Shown: one piece after another, positions 43,958 to 56,913 of the stretch
Layout: every line of letters starts with the position of its first letter
Position numbering within the stretch: the first letter of the stretch is position 1
Origin: Psammoneis japonica
Lineage: Eukaryota
DNA: 64,000 nt
Reading direction: 5' to 3'
NCBI GenBank assembly: GCA_008632985.1
Contig: QPGO01000024.1
Location: forward strand, 62,001 to 126,000
Position numbers and translations under genes: made by a program
The notes under the pieces: generated by a model
The model's database searches: none
What the model saw: the letters and a program-made list of their open reading frames with translations, nothing else
What the model was told of the DNA's origin: nothing

Positions 43958-46794
43958 ATGGAAGCAGAGGCTGGAGATCAGCTCGAGAGCTCAGACAAGA
44001 GGATGTTGGCATTGGCAGAGAGTCCCGGATCTTCTGCGTTACCACACACACGGCCCTTCGCTCCAAAAGAACAAAGCGCTTACATACACGCGAGGCACGA
44101 CATGCAGAGCCCTCCCTCTGCGAACGACCAGAGGACTTCTGCAAGACCCACGCGAGAAAGTGTTTTACGACGCTTGTCTGAAGCACTGTTACGGCGATCT
44201 CTTACAAAGGTGTGCGAGCACAGTTCTCGTGACGTTGTTTCCACCCAGTCTGATCATTTACATGACTCACTCTTGTTGCTGTGTTTGTATTGATAGATTG
44301 ATTTGTCACAGCGTGGGCTTATTTCTTCTGACGCACGGCTCGTAAAGTTGGCGTTGCTTCAGAATTCTAATCTCTCCTGTCTCAAGCTTGGATACAATGA
44401 CTTGCGAGACGAAGGGGTTGCGACATTGGCACCAGGGATATCGGCGCATAAAACGTTGAAGTCACTGGACTTGGGGTTCAATAATGTGGGGGATGAGGGA
44501 TGCACAGCACTAGCCCACGCCATGCTGTCATCACGAGATTGCAAAACAAACAAAGGAACGCTGCAGACTCTCTATCTCGCTGGAAATCTTATCGGAGAGG
44601 ATGGAGCACTTGCCCTTGCAGGCGTAATTCGGGGTGGATGCAGGTTAAGAAAACTGCATCTTTCGGGAAACAGACTCGGACCTGATGGAGTCCAGGCTCT
44701 CACCGAAGCTATTGCGGAAGACGAAGCACAAAGATCCACGTTTGCTGAGCAAGACCAGGCAATGGCAAACGGAGGGACTGCGCCGACTTTACAAGGATCA
44801 AATTCTCGTGACTCGTACGGGATCCAAGAATTATTTCTAGGAGGAACTAGCATGGGACCGAATGGTTGTCGTGCCGTTGCTCGAATGTTGGAATTTACAT
44901 CGTCTCTCCGAGTTATTTCACTTGGAAACTGCGAGATCGGAGACAGTGAGCTGGCTCTTTTGTCGGCGAGCATCAAAAGAAACAAATCTGCGTTGCACTT
45001 GGAGTCTTTGCAATTATCATTCAACAACATAACTGGGAAAGGACTAGAGAGTTTAATGAATGCTGTATGGGGTGCACAAGATCTATGCGAACTTCGACTG
45101 GACAATAACAATATTGGCGACCGTGGTGCGCAACAAGTGGCCGCAATTTTACCCTCGGTAACGAATTTGAAGATTCTAGACATTGGCTTTAACTCAATCA
45201 AGTCAGTCGGGATGAGGACGCTTATGAAAATGGTGGCAGAGACTCATCATCTCTCGTCGCTCTCTATATCAGGCAACCCGGTTGACACGGCAGCGGCGAA
45301 AGCTGTCGCTTATGGGCTCGCATACAATCGCTCTCTAAGATCTGTTTTTCTCGACCACTGTTCGATTGGTCGTGATGGAGAGAGGCATATTGCGGCGGGG
45401 GTGGTTTCCAACTCACGCTTGGTGCTGCGAAAACTCACCGGTTTTCGAATTGGTCGTAAGTCTTGACTTGATATCATTCTGTTTTGCGTTTCTTTGCCAA
45501 AGGCCGCGTCGTCCAGCTAACCATCACCTTTTCCTGCAAAATTGAATCAGCTCCAGTTATCACTATCGGCTTACCATCTGCTATGGAGCACTGGACCAAC
45601 GAGCAGGTTCTCAAGTTTGTGCGACTAATGTGGGAGCAGTCAAAGAAAGATTTGAAGCAAGGGGGCGAGGTATCTACCGACATCGAGGAGGACGAGCTAG
45701 ATCCATTGCACTTTTTGCCTGACCAGTCTGGTGACATTAGCAGTGTAAAAGCTGCTCCATCTGGTCCGCTTGATGCAAATGTCGTCGTTGAAGTGGCCAA
45801 GAGAGCGTTTGCTTCTCTCGGGGAGAATGGACACGATGTATTCTCTCGTTGCACCTCACATCCAGTTGAGCCGTCATTCGAGTCACCCTTGGCTGGCGAC
45901 ACAATAATGGTAGAATCCCCAGTTGCCAGTGAGGTAAATCGTAAAGAATCACCGCCAGCAGATGTTTCCACAGCCTCGGTTTGTGCCAACGAAACCACCG
46001 GTGACACGTCCTCTGAAGAGTCGCCACTTTACCCATTGGGGTCATTCGTCGCACCGCCGCAGGCACAGACGGAAGCGGTACTCCCTGATCCTGCCAGGAA
46101 GCGGCGGATCGTAGAATGGTTGTGCAAGCACGTTGCGAATTTGAATGAACTTGCCCAACTGCCGTTCAACTCCTCGGAATTGTGGAGACTTCATCAGCAC
46201 TACTTCGTCCCGGTGGTGAAGGAGAGTGGTGGACCCATGTCCAATGTGAATTCACCTGCCGACGGAAACACGAGGATTGTTTCTAGTGTTCCAGATGTTT
46301 CGCGGGGGTATTACCCTTCTTCAATAACACCGTCAACGCAGTCATATGAAGATAATGTATCAGTACCGACGAGCGATCAGTCTCTAGCGCCTTCTCCACC
46401 ATCAACAAGTCTCCCCATACTGAAGAGAAAGGTTTCCTATCGTTTTTTGGGCGATGCCGCTGTTTCGGCAGCGGCCTTTTCGGATAGACACGGTGGCACG
46501 TCAGTTTCCAAAATGATCGAGGATGGCGCAGGCCACTCCATGCCTCCTAATTCCAAGCGAGCTCGCCGGAACAAGTCAAGAATTTCGTTCCTGCCGAGAA
46601 TAAAAGCAAAACTTGAATCATATTTGGATGTATGCCACGAGAAAGCTCTTATTCTATTGCGGCAGCTGCATTATGTTGAAAGGGCGCTTCTACGTGGCGA
46701 AATCAACCCGTGTGATCCGTCGCAGCCCCATCGAACGCATCTCACTGGAGTTCTGGCAAGTGAAGCGGAAATGATTCTCATAGATATGATGTAA
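43958..46794 (+). CDS. RNI-like leucine-rich-repeat protein, about 3 exons
   Basis: Repeated LxxLxLxxNxIGDxG units in 44303-45455. Donors at ~44210 and ~45456 (gtaag) link ORFs 43814, 44303 and 45484. Confidence 0.85.
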
Positions 46795-46832
46795 ATAATG
46801 CAATATTGTTTGACTCCATCCATTATTATATC

Positions 46833-48797
46833 CTACTGCTGTCGAAATGTTGTGATTAACTGATTGGCGATTACCCAAGGCGATTGTGGTACCCTTCTAT
46901 CGCGTGAAACTTCTCTTATGGCTCTTGCAAGATTGCGTAACGACGAAAGTTGTTTTGTGTCTGGGGCAGCCGGAATTACTTCGGTGTCGCATTGCAGGCC
47001 GAAATCATCGGCCAGGGCTGCGGCAGCCTGACGACCCGTCACAACCGCCTTCTCAGTGCTCCAGGATGCATGCCCCATACGGTCAATCCAGTCCCCGCAC
47101 ATGTAAATGCCTTTCTGCACCTTTACATTGGGGGACGACGAAGCGGACTCAACGATGAAGTGTGAGACTGCATCCCTTGCTCGTACTACCGCAACATCGA
47201 CAATGAGATCCGGGTCGATCGGGTCTACATCAAGTGCTTCTGATACAGCATGGAGAGCTAGCTTCGCCACCTGTTTATCATCTGTAATATCAGCAATACT
47301 GTCCGCTCGGAAAAAATCCACTTCCAACGCAGCACAAGGCTGCAAACTGCTTTGTTCCTGGTTAACTACTGCGAATTCATCATGCAGGCGTTGCAAGTCG
47401 TAGATACAGAAGCCGGTTTCCGCTAGCTCCGGCATGTTTCCAATCTGTGGGCCGCAAACAACTACCGGTGAATCTTTCATTGCCTCTGCTAAGGAGGACG
47501 GGAGCTGAGAGCAATCATACATGCCCCCCTTTAAACCTGTGACTGGGTCCCCCGGTCTAAGGAACAATCTAACAGCGACGCAAGTAACACCCGTCAATTT
47601 ATCAAAGTTTTTCTCGGCAGCAATGGCCTGTAAAGGCGGACAGGAATTGACCAAACGTTTCATAGACGTGGCACCCACGGCCATCACCACCGCATCACAA
47701 TCAATGGTTCTCGAATCGTTCACCGTGACATTGAACCCTGACTGTGCGCTCTTCACAATCGAAGTCACTCTTGATGAGCCATCAATTTGCACGTTTCCAC
47801 GTGATTGTAATCGAAGAGCCCATGGATTGAAAATGGTCTCAGCAATTGTTCCGCGACACCATCTCACATCAAAGGCACCTTTCGATTGAAGAGCAAAGAC
47901 GTGAAAACAAGACAATGCCGCCGCTGCTGAACAATCGTACCCAGTCGTCATTGGAAGCACATGCAGAAGAGGAGACACCAGTTCTTTATACAAGGTAGGT
48001 GACACCCCTGCAGTAGCACAAAATAGATTTTCCGCTGAAATGGCATCATATCGCTTCCAAGATTCGCTCCCTTCTTGTTCGAAATCTGCCCAAGCCCCCA
48101 ACAAACCAATGCCACTGAGTCGGTCGACTAGCGTCAAAGGTGAATCTGACGCGTATTCCGACAAAAGAGCAACATCAAGCGGAGGTGGAAGCAAATCTGA
48201 GAGCAGTTGAAGAATATGAAAAGGATCGCTGATTATTTTGGCAATATCATCTTGAGTGAGACGTTTCGGTTCAGCAGGATTGGTTTCTTCATCCTTGCCT
48301 AACACCGGCGCCAACGCGACCCTTCCACTCTGAGATACCAACATGGATGGGGTGTAAGGGGTTAAGGCTTCTTCAACATCAATTCCAATTCGTTCGATCG
48401 TAGCCAGGGTGTTTTTGTACTCCCTCCAAAAGCCGTGCAGCCCTGCCTCAACTGGCCGATCAAGGAGTTTGGTTCTCCATCCACCCGCCAATCCTCCCCT
48501 TCCTCTCGGGGACGCATCCAAAAGAATGACGTTAGCTTTCGGATCCGTAGATAAAGCATCTGCTACAGTGAAACCGGCCCATCCGCCCCCAACAACAACA
48601 ATCGTTCGAGATGATTTTGCATCTCCGCTGCTCATTTTTTGTGTTGCGTCGTCGACGACCACGCTCCTGCGAACGGAACCAGAACTACTTCTACTGGCGG
48701 ATCGCGGGGGTTGGAGGACAAAAGCCAAACTGGGCTTTTGCACCAGTGTCAACGTGAACGGGAGTAAAACGAGCAACGCAGCGGACAGCTTTGTCAT
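46833..48797 (-). CDS. Flavin-containing amine oxidase / carotene-desaturase-like protein, probably plastid targeted
   Basis: Signal peptide ending SLA-FVL; FAD motif IVVVGGGWAG; GGLAGGW; EAGLHGFW; YMCGDW; WSTEKAVVTG. Confidence 0.88.
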   Translation of the reverse strand: MTKLSAALLVLLPFTLTLVQKPSLAFVLQPPRSASRSSSGSVRRSVVVDDATQKMSSGDAKSSRTIVVVGGGWAGFTVADALSTDPKANVILLDASPRGRGGLAGGWRTKLLDRPVEAGLHGFWREYKNTLATIERIGIDVEEALTPYTPSMLVSQSGRVALAPVLGKDEETNPAEPKRLTQDDIAKIISDPFHILQLLSDLLPPPLDVALLSEYASDSPLTLVDRLSGIGLLGAWADFEQEGSESWKRYDAISAENLFCATAGVSPTLYKELVSPLLHVLPMTTGYDCSAAAALSCFHVFALQSKGAFDVRWCRGTIAETIFNPWALRLQSRGNVQIDGSSRVTSIVKSAQSGFNVTVNDSRTIDCDAVVMAVGATSMKRLVNSCPPLQAIAAEKNFDKLTGVTCVAVRLFLRPGDPVTGLKGGMYDCSQLPSSLAEAMKDSPVVVCGPQIGNMPELAETGFCIYDLQRLHDEFAVVNQEQSSLQPCAALEVDFFRADSIADITDDKQVAKLALHAVSEALDVDPIDPDLIVDVAVVRARDAVSHFIVESASSSPNVKVQKGIYMCGDWIDRMGHASWSTEKAVVTGRQAAAALADDFGLQCDTEVIPAAPDTKQLSSLRNLARAIREVSRDRRVPQSPWVIANQLITTFRQQ

Positions 48798-49121
48798 GGT
48801 GTTTCAGTGTAAAACAGGTAGAACGAAGATGCTTTAAGGGCAAGAAGCAACACTGATGTGTCACGATTCCAGATCGCTCGATCGAACGATCAATCGATCG
48901 ATCCCTGAAATCTGGAAATAGCACGCATGCCTGATCCTGATTTTGTCCATCGATCGTCATCAAAAGCATTCCAGTACAGTTACTACGTATTTCTACGTAC
49001 ATGAATCGCCCGCGAAGGCAGCAACAGCGCCATGAGGCCATGAGCGAGCGACGCTTGACCGAACATACCGATACCGGTACAGCATCGCCGCCAGTGAAGT
49101 CGAAGCTTTACTAGAGGGAAA

Positions 49122-49763
49122 ATGGCATTTCGCTTGGCTACTCATCGTTTCTTAAAAGCAGCAGTCCCGAGGTTGTCGTCAACGGCAGGGGTTCACCGTT
49201 TCAGCACTGCGTCGGCTGTCACTCCTGCCACGAGCGGCGACATGCCTTCGGCGAGGGACGTGACTGTTCAACTTACGTTTGTCGATCCAAGTGGTGCGCG
49301 GAGGAAGGTTCCAGGACTTGTTGGTGCGTGCGTTTGAATAAAGAAAATTCACTGCTATCGGGAAAGTGTTTGTTTGACGCTTCGTTTCATCTCTTACCTC
49401 GCCGAATACGATGTTTTCGTTGCTGATACAGGAAAGTCTCTCCATGATATTTGTGAGATTCATGGCATCGAGATAGGTCCGGCTAGCGTGGCTGGGACAG
49501 TAGAGACTGTTCAGTCGGACACGTGGACCGAACCACTTTACGGAGAAGGGCCAACTTCTGGTTTCGATCACGTCTTGCTTGTCGGTAAAGGTGTTGAAAC
49601 TGCGACTCCGAAAACACACGTGGAACAGAAAATGCTGGATGAATACTGGGAAAGTGACGAGCTCTATCCAGAAAGTCGCTTGGCATGCATGATTACTCTC
49701 ACAAAAGCCATGGACGGAATGACTGTGTATGTTCCTCCCCGCATTGTAGATGACATCCCCTAA
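49122..49763 (+). CDS. Mitochondrial ferredoxin-fold protein lacking most cluster cysteines, 2 exons
   Basis: Mitochondrial-type presequence; intron 49324-49431; VQLTFVDPSG..GLV|GKSL, SRLACMITL, DGMTVYVP. Confidence 0.85.
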
Positions 49764-49859
49764 AGGATGCGGCGGCTAGCGACGCCACCTTTAAGAACTA
49801 CAAGTAAGAATGTGACTGGACTCTTATATATGCTACAGTAGGTTTTAATGATTCCTCTT

Positions 49860-51450
49860 TCTCCGTCCAGATGTGTGTGAGACATTGTGAGTGCAACCCA
49901 AAGATTTCAAAAATAAGTTTAAACAGTGTTGGATGCTGCAACAACTGTGTGGGAGGGACACACAGAGTGCTGGAATGGACCTGACGTGCGGAGGGTCAGA
50001 GACTGGCAAAGGCAAACAATGACTGCGCTGTTCAGCTTTTTGAAGAAGCAGGTGACAACATTGATGCCCAGGCAGTGACAATGAAGTTGACAACCTTGGG
50101 TGAATTTTGAAACAAGTTGGAGCCCAACAACGTGAACATGGTGAGACATTTTTCTCAGAGCACATGTGCAGCTTTCAGCCCCAGCTCCTTGATGCCATGC
50201 ATGAAAATCAACCCCCCCCCATTTTAAACTTTGTACCCACATCATCAACTGACAGTTTGCAGGTGCAAAGTTGAGCACACCTTTGGGAGGCTGGATTGGA
50301 GGCCAACCATGTCAGTTGCCAGCCAGTCCCTGAAATTTGGGTTTTGCACTTTTGTCCATGTGATGAAGGTGCTTTGGGAAAAGCCAGCTCCATTTTCAAG
50401 CACCCATGTCATAAACAACACATGTCTGCACCACTCTTGCCAGGCACTGCTTTAAAGAGCAGGAGGCTGACAATGCTTGTGTCTTGTGCATTTTTTGCAA
50501 AAGCTCTGGCAGAGGGGTCAAAAAGTCTGGCACCAGCTCTTGCTTCAAAAACTTTGAGCTGAGAAGCTTGCAGAGGGAGAGGGGTTTGAAACTGGCAAAT
50601 CAGGGATCTGATGACAAAACTGGCTGACTCACTTTGCAATCTGCCTGGGAAACAAGAGCAACACAATGCCCACAGTTCAGGAACACTGTGCTCTGTTGTC
50701 CAGTTCATGGCGGGCCTCCTGACAACTGTGCTTGACCTCTTCTTTGATGCTGCAGGCGGGCCAAGCAATCCACAAAAACTCACATCATGAGCCATGTGCT
50801 CTTCTGGTTTTGGATTTGATGTTTGCTTCTTTGCAGCCAATCTAGAGCACACTCGCAAGCTTGGGAGGAGTTCTGTCTGTTAAAGTTTGTGTCACTCTGC
50901 AAAGCAAAAGTTCCAAAAAATGTTGTCCACATCATTTCACTGACTCATCTTGAACCTTGCTTGCCAACTTCATTTTGCATTTTCACTCTCCAGTCTGCCC
51001 AACTCTTTCCCACTCCAAAATGTCAGGCTGGGCATGCTGCACAGCTGCTTTGCCAAAGTGATGAAAAACAGATTCTTCTTCTGGCTTGCACCACTTCTGC
51101 TCAAACAGGTTTGCCAATGTGGCAAAGTTGGATTCATCAATGTGCTCACATGACAACTGTGACAGCAGCAAGAGTCAGCAAGATGACAAGTGACAAGATT
51201 TGGTGGACACATGCTGGCAAAAGAGCACCGTTGTTTTGATTTTGCATTTGTCTGCCTTTTTTGCAAGTGCAAACTTTGACTTGGCAGGTGCCAAGAACCC
51301 AGCACATGGTTTGTGGGTGAAGGGTCAGCACAAAACCATGTGGTGCCATGAAAAGCCAAATCAGTGAGTTGCACTGGTGTCTCTGTTGAGCTGCCCTGGT
51401 GGGCTTCTCTCATCAATTTTCCAACATTCTTGCCCCTGTGGCAATGGTCT
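49860..51450. other. Decayed TpA-depleted repeat block
   Basis: Composition only; no confident domain. Confidence 0.5.
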
Positions 51451-51459
51451 GCACACACT

Positions 51460-54400
51460 CATTTGGAGCATGTCCGCCATGCCAGTTTGGAGTTGCTCAA
51501 TGCCTGAGTCTCAGTGCAACAAACATGCATCGGTCTCCAATCTCACCAACCTTCTTTTTAGCTCACTCTTTGGAGTGAATCATCTGGCTCACATTGTGGC
51601 ACCAGTGCACACCCTTTTGTTGCCTTTGCACTTTGAGAACCAAGTCATTGAGAGCTTCCAGGCAAAGTGCAGCTGCCACAGCAACCAGGACAAGTGCAGA
51701 AAGTGGCTGGCACAGGAAACCTCAGAGGACTCCCTTTTGGTGGCATTGACTTGTTGGCTCAACATTCACTCCAAAGAGTTCAAAGCACTGCATCCAGTGT
51801 GTGGCGCTGACCTCCATTTGTCCACACAAGACAGGAAGCCTGCATTGTGAGTGGCAGCAGAGGCAGAGTTGGAGCTGAATGCCAAGGCAGTTGCCAAGGC
51901 AGGGGTGGCAGAGGCCAGAAGTCTTGCTGCAACCAGGGCTAGAAGATGAACCTCAAGACAAGCTTGAAGCCAGAAATGAAGTTTTGATCATCATTGATGA
52001 ACAGCAACTCATGCAGTGCAACATTCGAGGACATCAAGGAAAAAGGTGTCAAGAATCACATGCAGAAAAAGAGTGCATGTTCAAGGTGTGTGCCTGGCAA
52101 GGTTCTTCGAGAACACAGACTGCATGGACTTTGACACAGAGAGCCCGCACTGCAGATGGCAACAACAGCTGTGCCAGCACCAGGTGATGCAACCTGCCAA
52201 GAGATGGTCAATGAAAGAGCCTCAGAAGAAAGGCAACTTCAGCATGAGTGCAAGATCAAACTGCACAATCACAACGAGAAAGTGAAGAAGCTTGAAAAAA
52301 AAGATTGCGGCACTGGCAGTGATCCCAAAAATCAAGCAAAGAGTGCAGGCAGAGCCCACTTGCACAAACAATTGCTTGTGCACAACTCTGTGAGGGAGGT
52401 TGACACCCATTCCATGCACTTGCCAAGCGCCTGTTGCGCGTGCTGGAACTGAAACAACACAAGGACAAACCACTGAATGACCATCTCTCAAGATGCAAAA
52501 ATCAAAGAAATGCCACAAGCAAAGGTCTCAGCAAAATGATGCTGGATGGATTCGTCATGAATGCCAAGGAGGACAAGATCTGTGCCAACCCTGTGGATGA
52601 GACAGCACTGAAGGATGCTGCATTTGAGATGTGGACCACACACATGTCCATTAAAAACAGCAACAACTGCTGCTGCAAGAGCCTCAAGAAGAGCGTTTTG
52701 AGAGACCACAGCTCAGGGAGGGATTCGTGTCCTGATGCCCTTGAAAAGGCAATGGATGCACTGACGAATCATCCAAAAGACAATCTCCACATGTGAGAGG
52801 CAGAGCGCAAGAAGAAGAACAACAAACATCCAAATGACAAGAAAGAGGATAAAAGGAATGACAAACCTGAGAACCTGCAAGGCCAGAGTTGTGCACAGAG
52901 TGGCAAAACAGAGTGCCGCTGCTGTGATGAGCCAAACCACAAGTTCCCAGACTGCCGACACAAGGACAAGATCACACAGACAGGTTGGTGCAAGAAGACA
53001 CCGGCAAGAAGCTGGATGCCAGGGGACACAGTGATGCAACAGAGAGAGAGGACAAGAACAACTTGTCAGTGAGCAGTGACAACGCCAATGTTGACAGCAC
53101 CTGCAGATCAAGTTGATTGACAAGTTCCAGCAAAAAAGAAGCATTGCATGGCATGGGTTCCAAGTAGATGAACAGACCAAAGAGAGGCCACAGATGAGTT
53201 TGAGCCAAGCCAATGTCAGCATTGAGTCACAGATGAGATCATCCTTGACAACGGTTCAGCCCTTGGCATGGAAGCAAGCCAGAATCCAGTGCACAATGTG
53301 AGACAGCTGGCAAGGGTCAAGATTGACCTCCTGTCCACAAACACAGGAGTGGACACTTTGGACAAAGCCTGCGCCGTGTCAGGATGGGGTGGTGGGAAGC
53401 TTGGATCATGGAACATGACAGCAAACATCCAAAGTTTGAAGAAGGATGTAAAGAGCAAGTGCTGTGTTGCACATGACAACAGGGCAGCAGATGAGCTCTG
53501 TTTGCTGGACCTTCTAGTCTGGCAAACAAGTCACAGCCTTCAAAGCAATGACATTGGACTGCATGCATTTGCTCCAACCCAGGCAGTGATTCCTTGATCA
53601 TGCAAAAAAACTCCAAGCAGAAGATGAGTTGCATGCTGTCAAAGGAAGTGAAGGTTGCAAAGAAGATCAACACCAAGAAGCACAGGAGTGCATCAGGAAC
53701 TGTTGCTCCAACTGTGAAACAGGATTTGAAAGGCCACACCAAATGGGAGGTGACAAGCACTGAGGATGTGCTCAGACTGTGCTGCTGTGAGGTTGGAATG
53801 CCCAGCGCAAGGGATTTCAAACTGCTTTTGTGGTCCAATCAGGTAAAGAACCTGTCCATTGTTTGTGAACACATGGACAGAATGGTGGCCACGTGATGGG
53901 GCCCACCAACAGAAGAAACTTAAAAGCAAGACCAAGTGTGCGCATCATCATTCCCATGTGAGGAACAATGTCATTGTACACCACCACCTGAGATCTGCAA
54001 GAAGCAGAGAGAAGGTGTGACCCTCTGCATTGATGCCACAGAAGGATGTGGTGTCAAGACACTGCGGACAATTGACAAGATGATCAAGTGCAGATCAAGT
54101 GTGCAGCTGTGGTCTGAGAAGCATGAAGACATCTGCAAAGCCTTGGAGATGATTCTCAGGCAGCACAACATGGCATTGTTTCAGGTTGACTTTGTTGAGT
54201 GTGGCAGAAGTTGCGGATGGTGCGAACCCAGGGCTGACATCTGCAAATGCCAAGGATCATGTTCCCAAAGTTGAGTGAAGCATCCAAACCATCAAGGAGC
54301 AAACCCGGGCTGCTGCGCACCACATGTTGCACAAGACGGCACCTCAGCTCACATGTGAGAAAGCTGTCATCGAGAAAACTGTCATGTTGAACATGCACCT

Positions 54401-56913
54401 GCAAAAGGAAGGGAATTCTGACAATTGCAGTCCACGCACCATTTTGCAACAAAGAAACTTCAACTGCAACAAACATTTTCAGCTCAAGTTTGGTGAACTT
54501 GTTGTTTCCCATGTCAAAAATGACAAGACAAACACTGTGGAAGCACATGGTTTTGACAGCATCTGTGCCTGCAAGAACCCCACTTTGACTTGCCCAGATG
54601 GTCATTGTGCCATGAACCTGCACATGGGAAAGACATTGAATCCCTGCAGGTGCACCTCCGTGCCTCTGATGGACACGCATGTTGCTGTCATCAAGGACAT
54701 GGCTGAGAGACAAGGCATCAAGGAATTCATGTTTGTGGGAAAGTGCAAAGACAATCCACACAATCCTGATTGGACTGCAGAAGTGGACAATGACAAAAAC
54801 AAAAGTGACAGCAACAGCAACAGTGATGATGACAGTGCACCAAGCAAAACCAACAATGTGTGCCATGCAACCAAGTCACCAGCCAATGACAGGTCCAGCC
54901 CCAATCAACAGCACAAAGCTCAAGAGAAGCAAGAGGTCCCACAAGACCCAGCAGAAAACAATGGCCACTGTGAGAGTGAAGAGTCCAGGGCAGAAAAAGA
55001 ATCCCAACAAGACACAAGATGGGAAAGTGAGCAAATGGAGGAAGAAGCAAACACTGTGCCATGGAGAATTGCAAGAACCAGAACATCCTTCAACATGACA
55101 TCAGAAAGACACAAAAGAAAAAAAAGGTTGCTTTGCAGGAGTTTCAGATGCCAGAAGGACAGCAAAGGAGCAACACAAGCTTGAGTGCTGCCATGATTTA
55201 CATGCCAACGGCACATGAATGAGTCCCAAGCCAAAGGGTGATTTGGAACATGAAGTGGAAAGAACAGCAATGGCAATTGTGCACTTCATGTGTGCGATTG
55301 GGGTGACCAACGTAAGGTGGAAATGGCAAGAGGTTGGCCCAGCATCATCTGCTCCATGAAGTCCTCAAAGCATTTGGTCAGAAGGGGGCATGATGCATCA
55401 CAGAAAGATGTCAAACAGCTGCACAACCAAGTGCACTTTGCGCCAGTGTCAGTCAAGGACATGACTCTGACTGAGAGGGCCAAGGCCATGGCAGCCTTGA
55501 TGTTCCCAGCCAAGAAACAAGATGGTTGCACAAAAGGGCGAATGGTCTGTGATGGCAAACCAACCCAAGAGTGGCTGGACAAAGACAAGTCAGCCAGCCC
55601 TGCTGCACCCTTGGAGGGGACACTCATGATGGCAATTGTTGACACTGACAAAGGAGGCAATGAAGTGAGTGCCAACCTTCCTGATGCATTCATGCAGACA
55701 ATGACACCCAAGCCTGGAGAAGGTGAAGGTTGGATCATGAAAAAGATCACAGGAGTGCTTGTGGACATGCTTGTGAGCATCAGTCCCAACCTGCATGGAC
55801 CTCATGTGGTCCCAGAGAATGGCAAGAGAGTCCTCTGTGTCCAAGTCATCAGAGCCATCTGCAGAGCACTTGCTGCGGCTCTGCCATGGTGCAACCAATT
55901 TCACAAGGACTTGGAAAAGATGGGGTTTGGGGTTGGGTTCCACCCACATGATCCCTGCATTGCCAACCGCACAGTCAATGGCAAGCAGCACACAATTTGA
56001 TTTCATGTGGATGACCTGTTGTCGAGCCACAAGAACCCACAGCAAATGACAAGTTTTTGAGCTGGCTGAACAAGATGCATGGCAACCACAGTGAATTTGA
56101 AAGATGATGAGTGCAGCAAGGTCTGCCATGGACTGGTTTGAGACAAGAATGGAAATGTCTTTAACGTGCACAAGTTGGTGCAGTTTTTTGATCGTGTGAC
56201 ATCAAAGAGGCAATGTGGGATTTTTTGTGGCAGAGGATTCTGGAGTGGTTGGCGGTTGGGTCATGGACCAGTTAGACAGCTCATGCAAGAGGAGCTCAGT
56301 GTGAGATGGAATCACCATGCCTGCATCACTGAATTCATGGAATGTGTGCAAAATGTCACCTGCACATTCAAAGACATGTTTGATTTTATGCCAAACAAAA
56401 GGCATCACACCAGCTGGAGGTGTGCCAAAGTGCAAGACAATGGCAACAACCAAGCAGATTGGGCCAGCAAGTTTGCTGCGGAGATTCCAGATGGGGTTGC
56501 TCCAGCACATGAGGAACAAGCATTCCAAGCATCAACTGTGGCTGGTGACAGGAGAGTGTGTTGGAGCATCCAGATGGGCAGGAAATGTGCGAGAGACTCA
56601 AAAGCACATCTGTTAAAGAGAAGATGCTTTGGACTCTGATGTGGTGGATTTGGTGGCACCTGATGAACAAACATGCATCCATCACCAATCTCACCAACCC
56701 TTTTTTAGCTCACTCTTTGGAGCGAATCATCTGGCTTGCACAAGCTGCATCGTGGCACCAGTGTGCACACTTTTGATGCCTTTGCATTAAAAGAACAAAG
56801 TCATTGAGAGCTTCCAGGCAAATCACAGCTGCTGCAGCAACCAGGAAAAATGCAACAAATGGTGCAGGAAACCTCAGAGGATCTTCTTTTGGCAACACTG
56901 GCTTGTCTCTCAG
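51460..56913 (+). mobile_element. Old degenerate Copia LTR retrotransposon of a second diatom-type lineage (boundaries approximate)
   Basis: Diverged direct repeats at ~51520-51765 and ~56667-56913; purine tract aggagag before tgttgg at 56559. Integrase remnants VTLCID and SPRTILQQRNFNCNKH; RT remnants KGRMVCDGKPTQEW..SASP and KITGVLVDML..DPCIANRTVNGKQHTI*FHVDDL. Confidence 0.85.

Noticed and set aside
50860..50980. Possible Helitron Rep/helicase linker remnant (FVSLCKAKVPKNVV)
   Set aside because: Too short and degenerate to support without a search.
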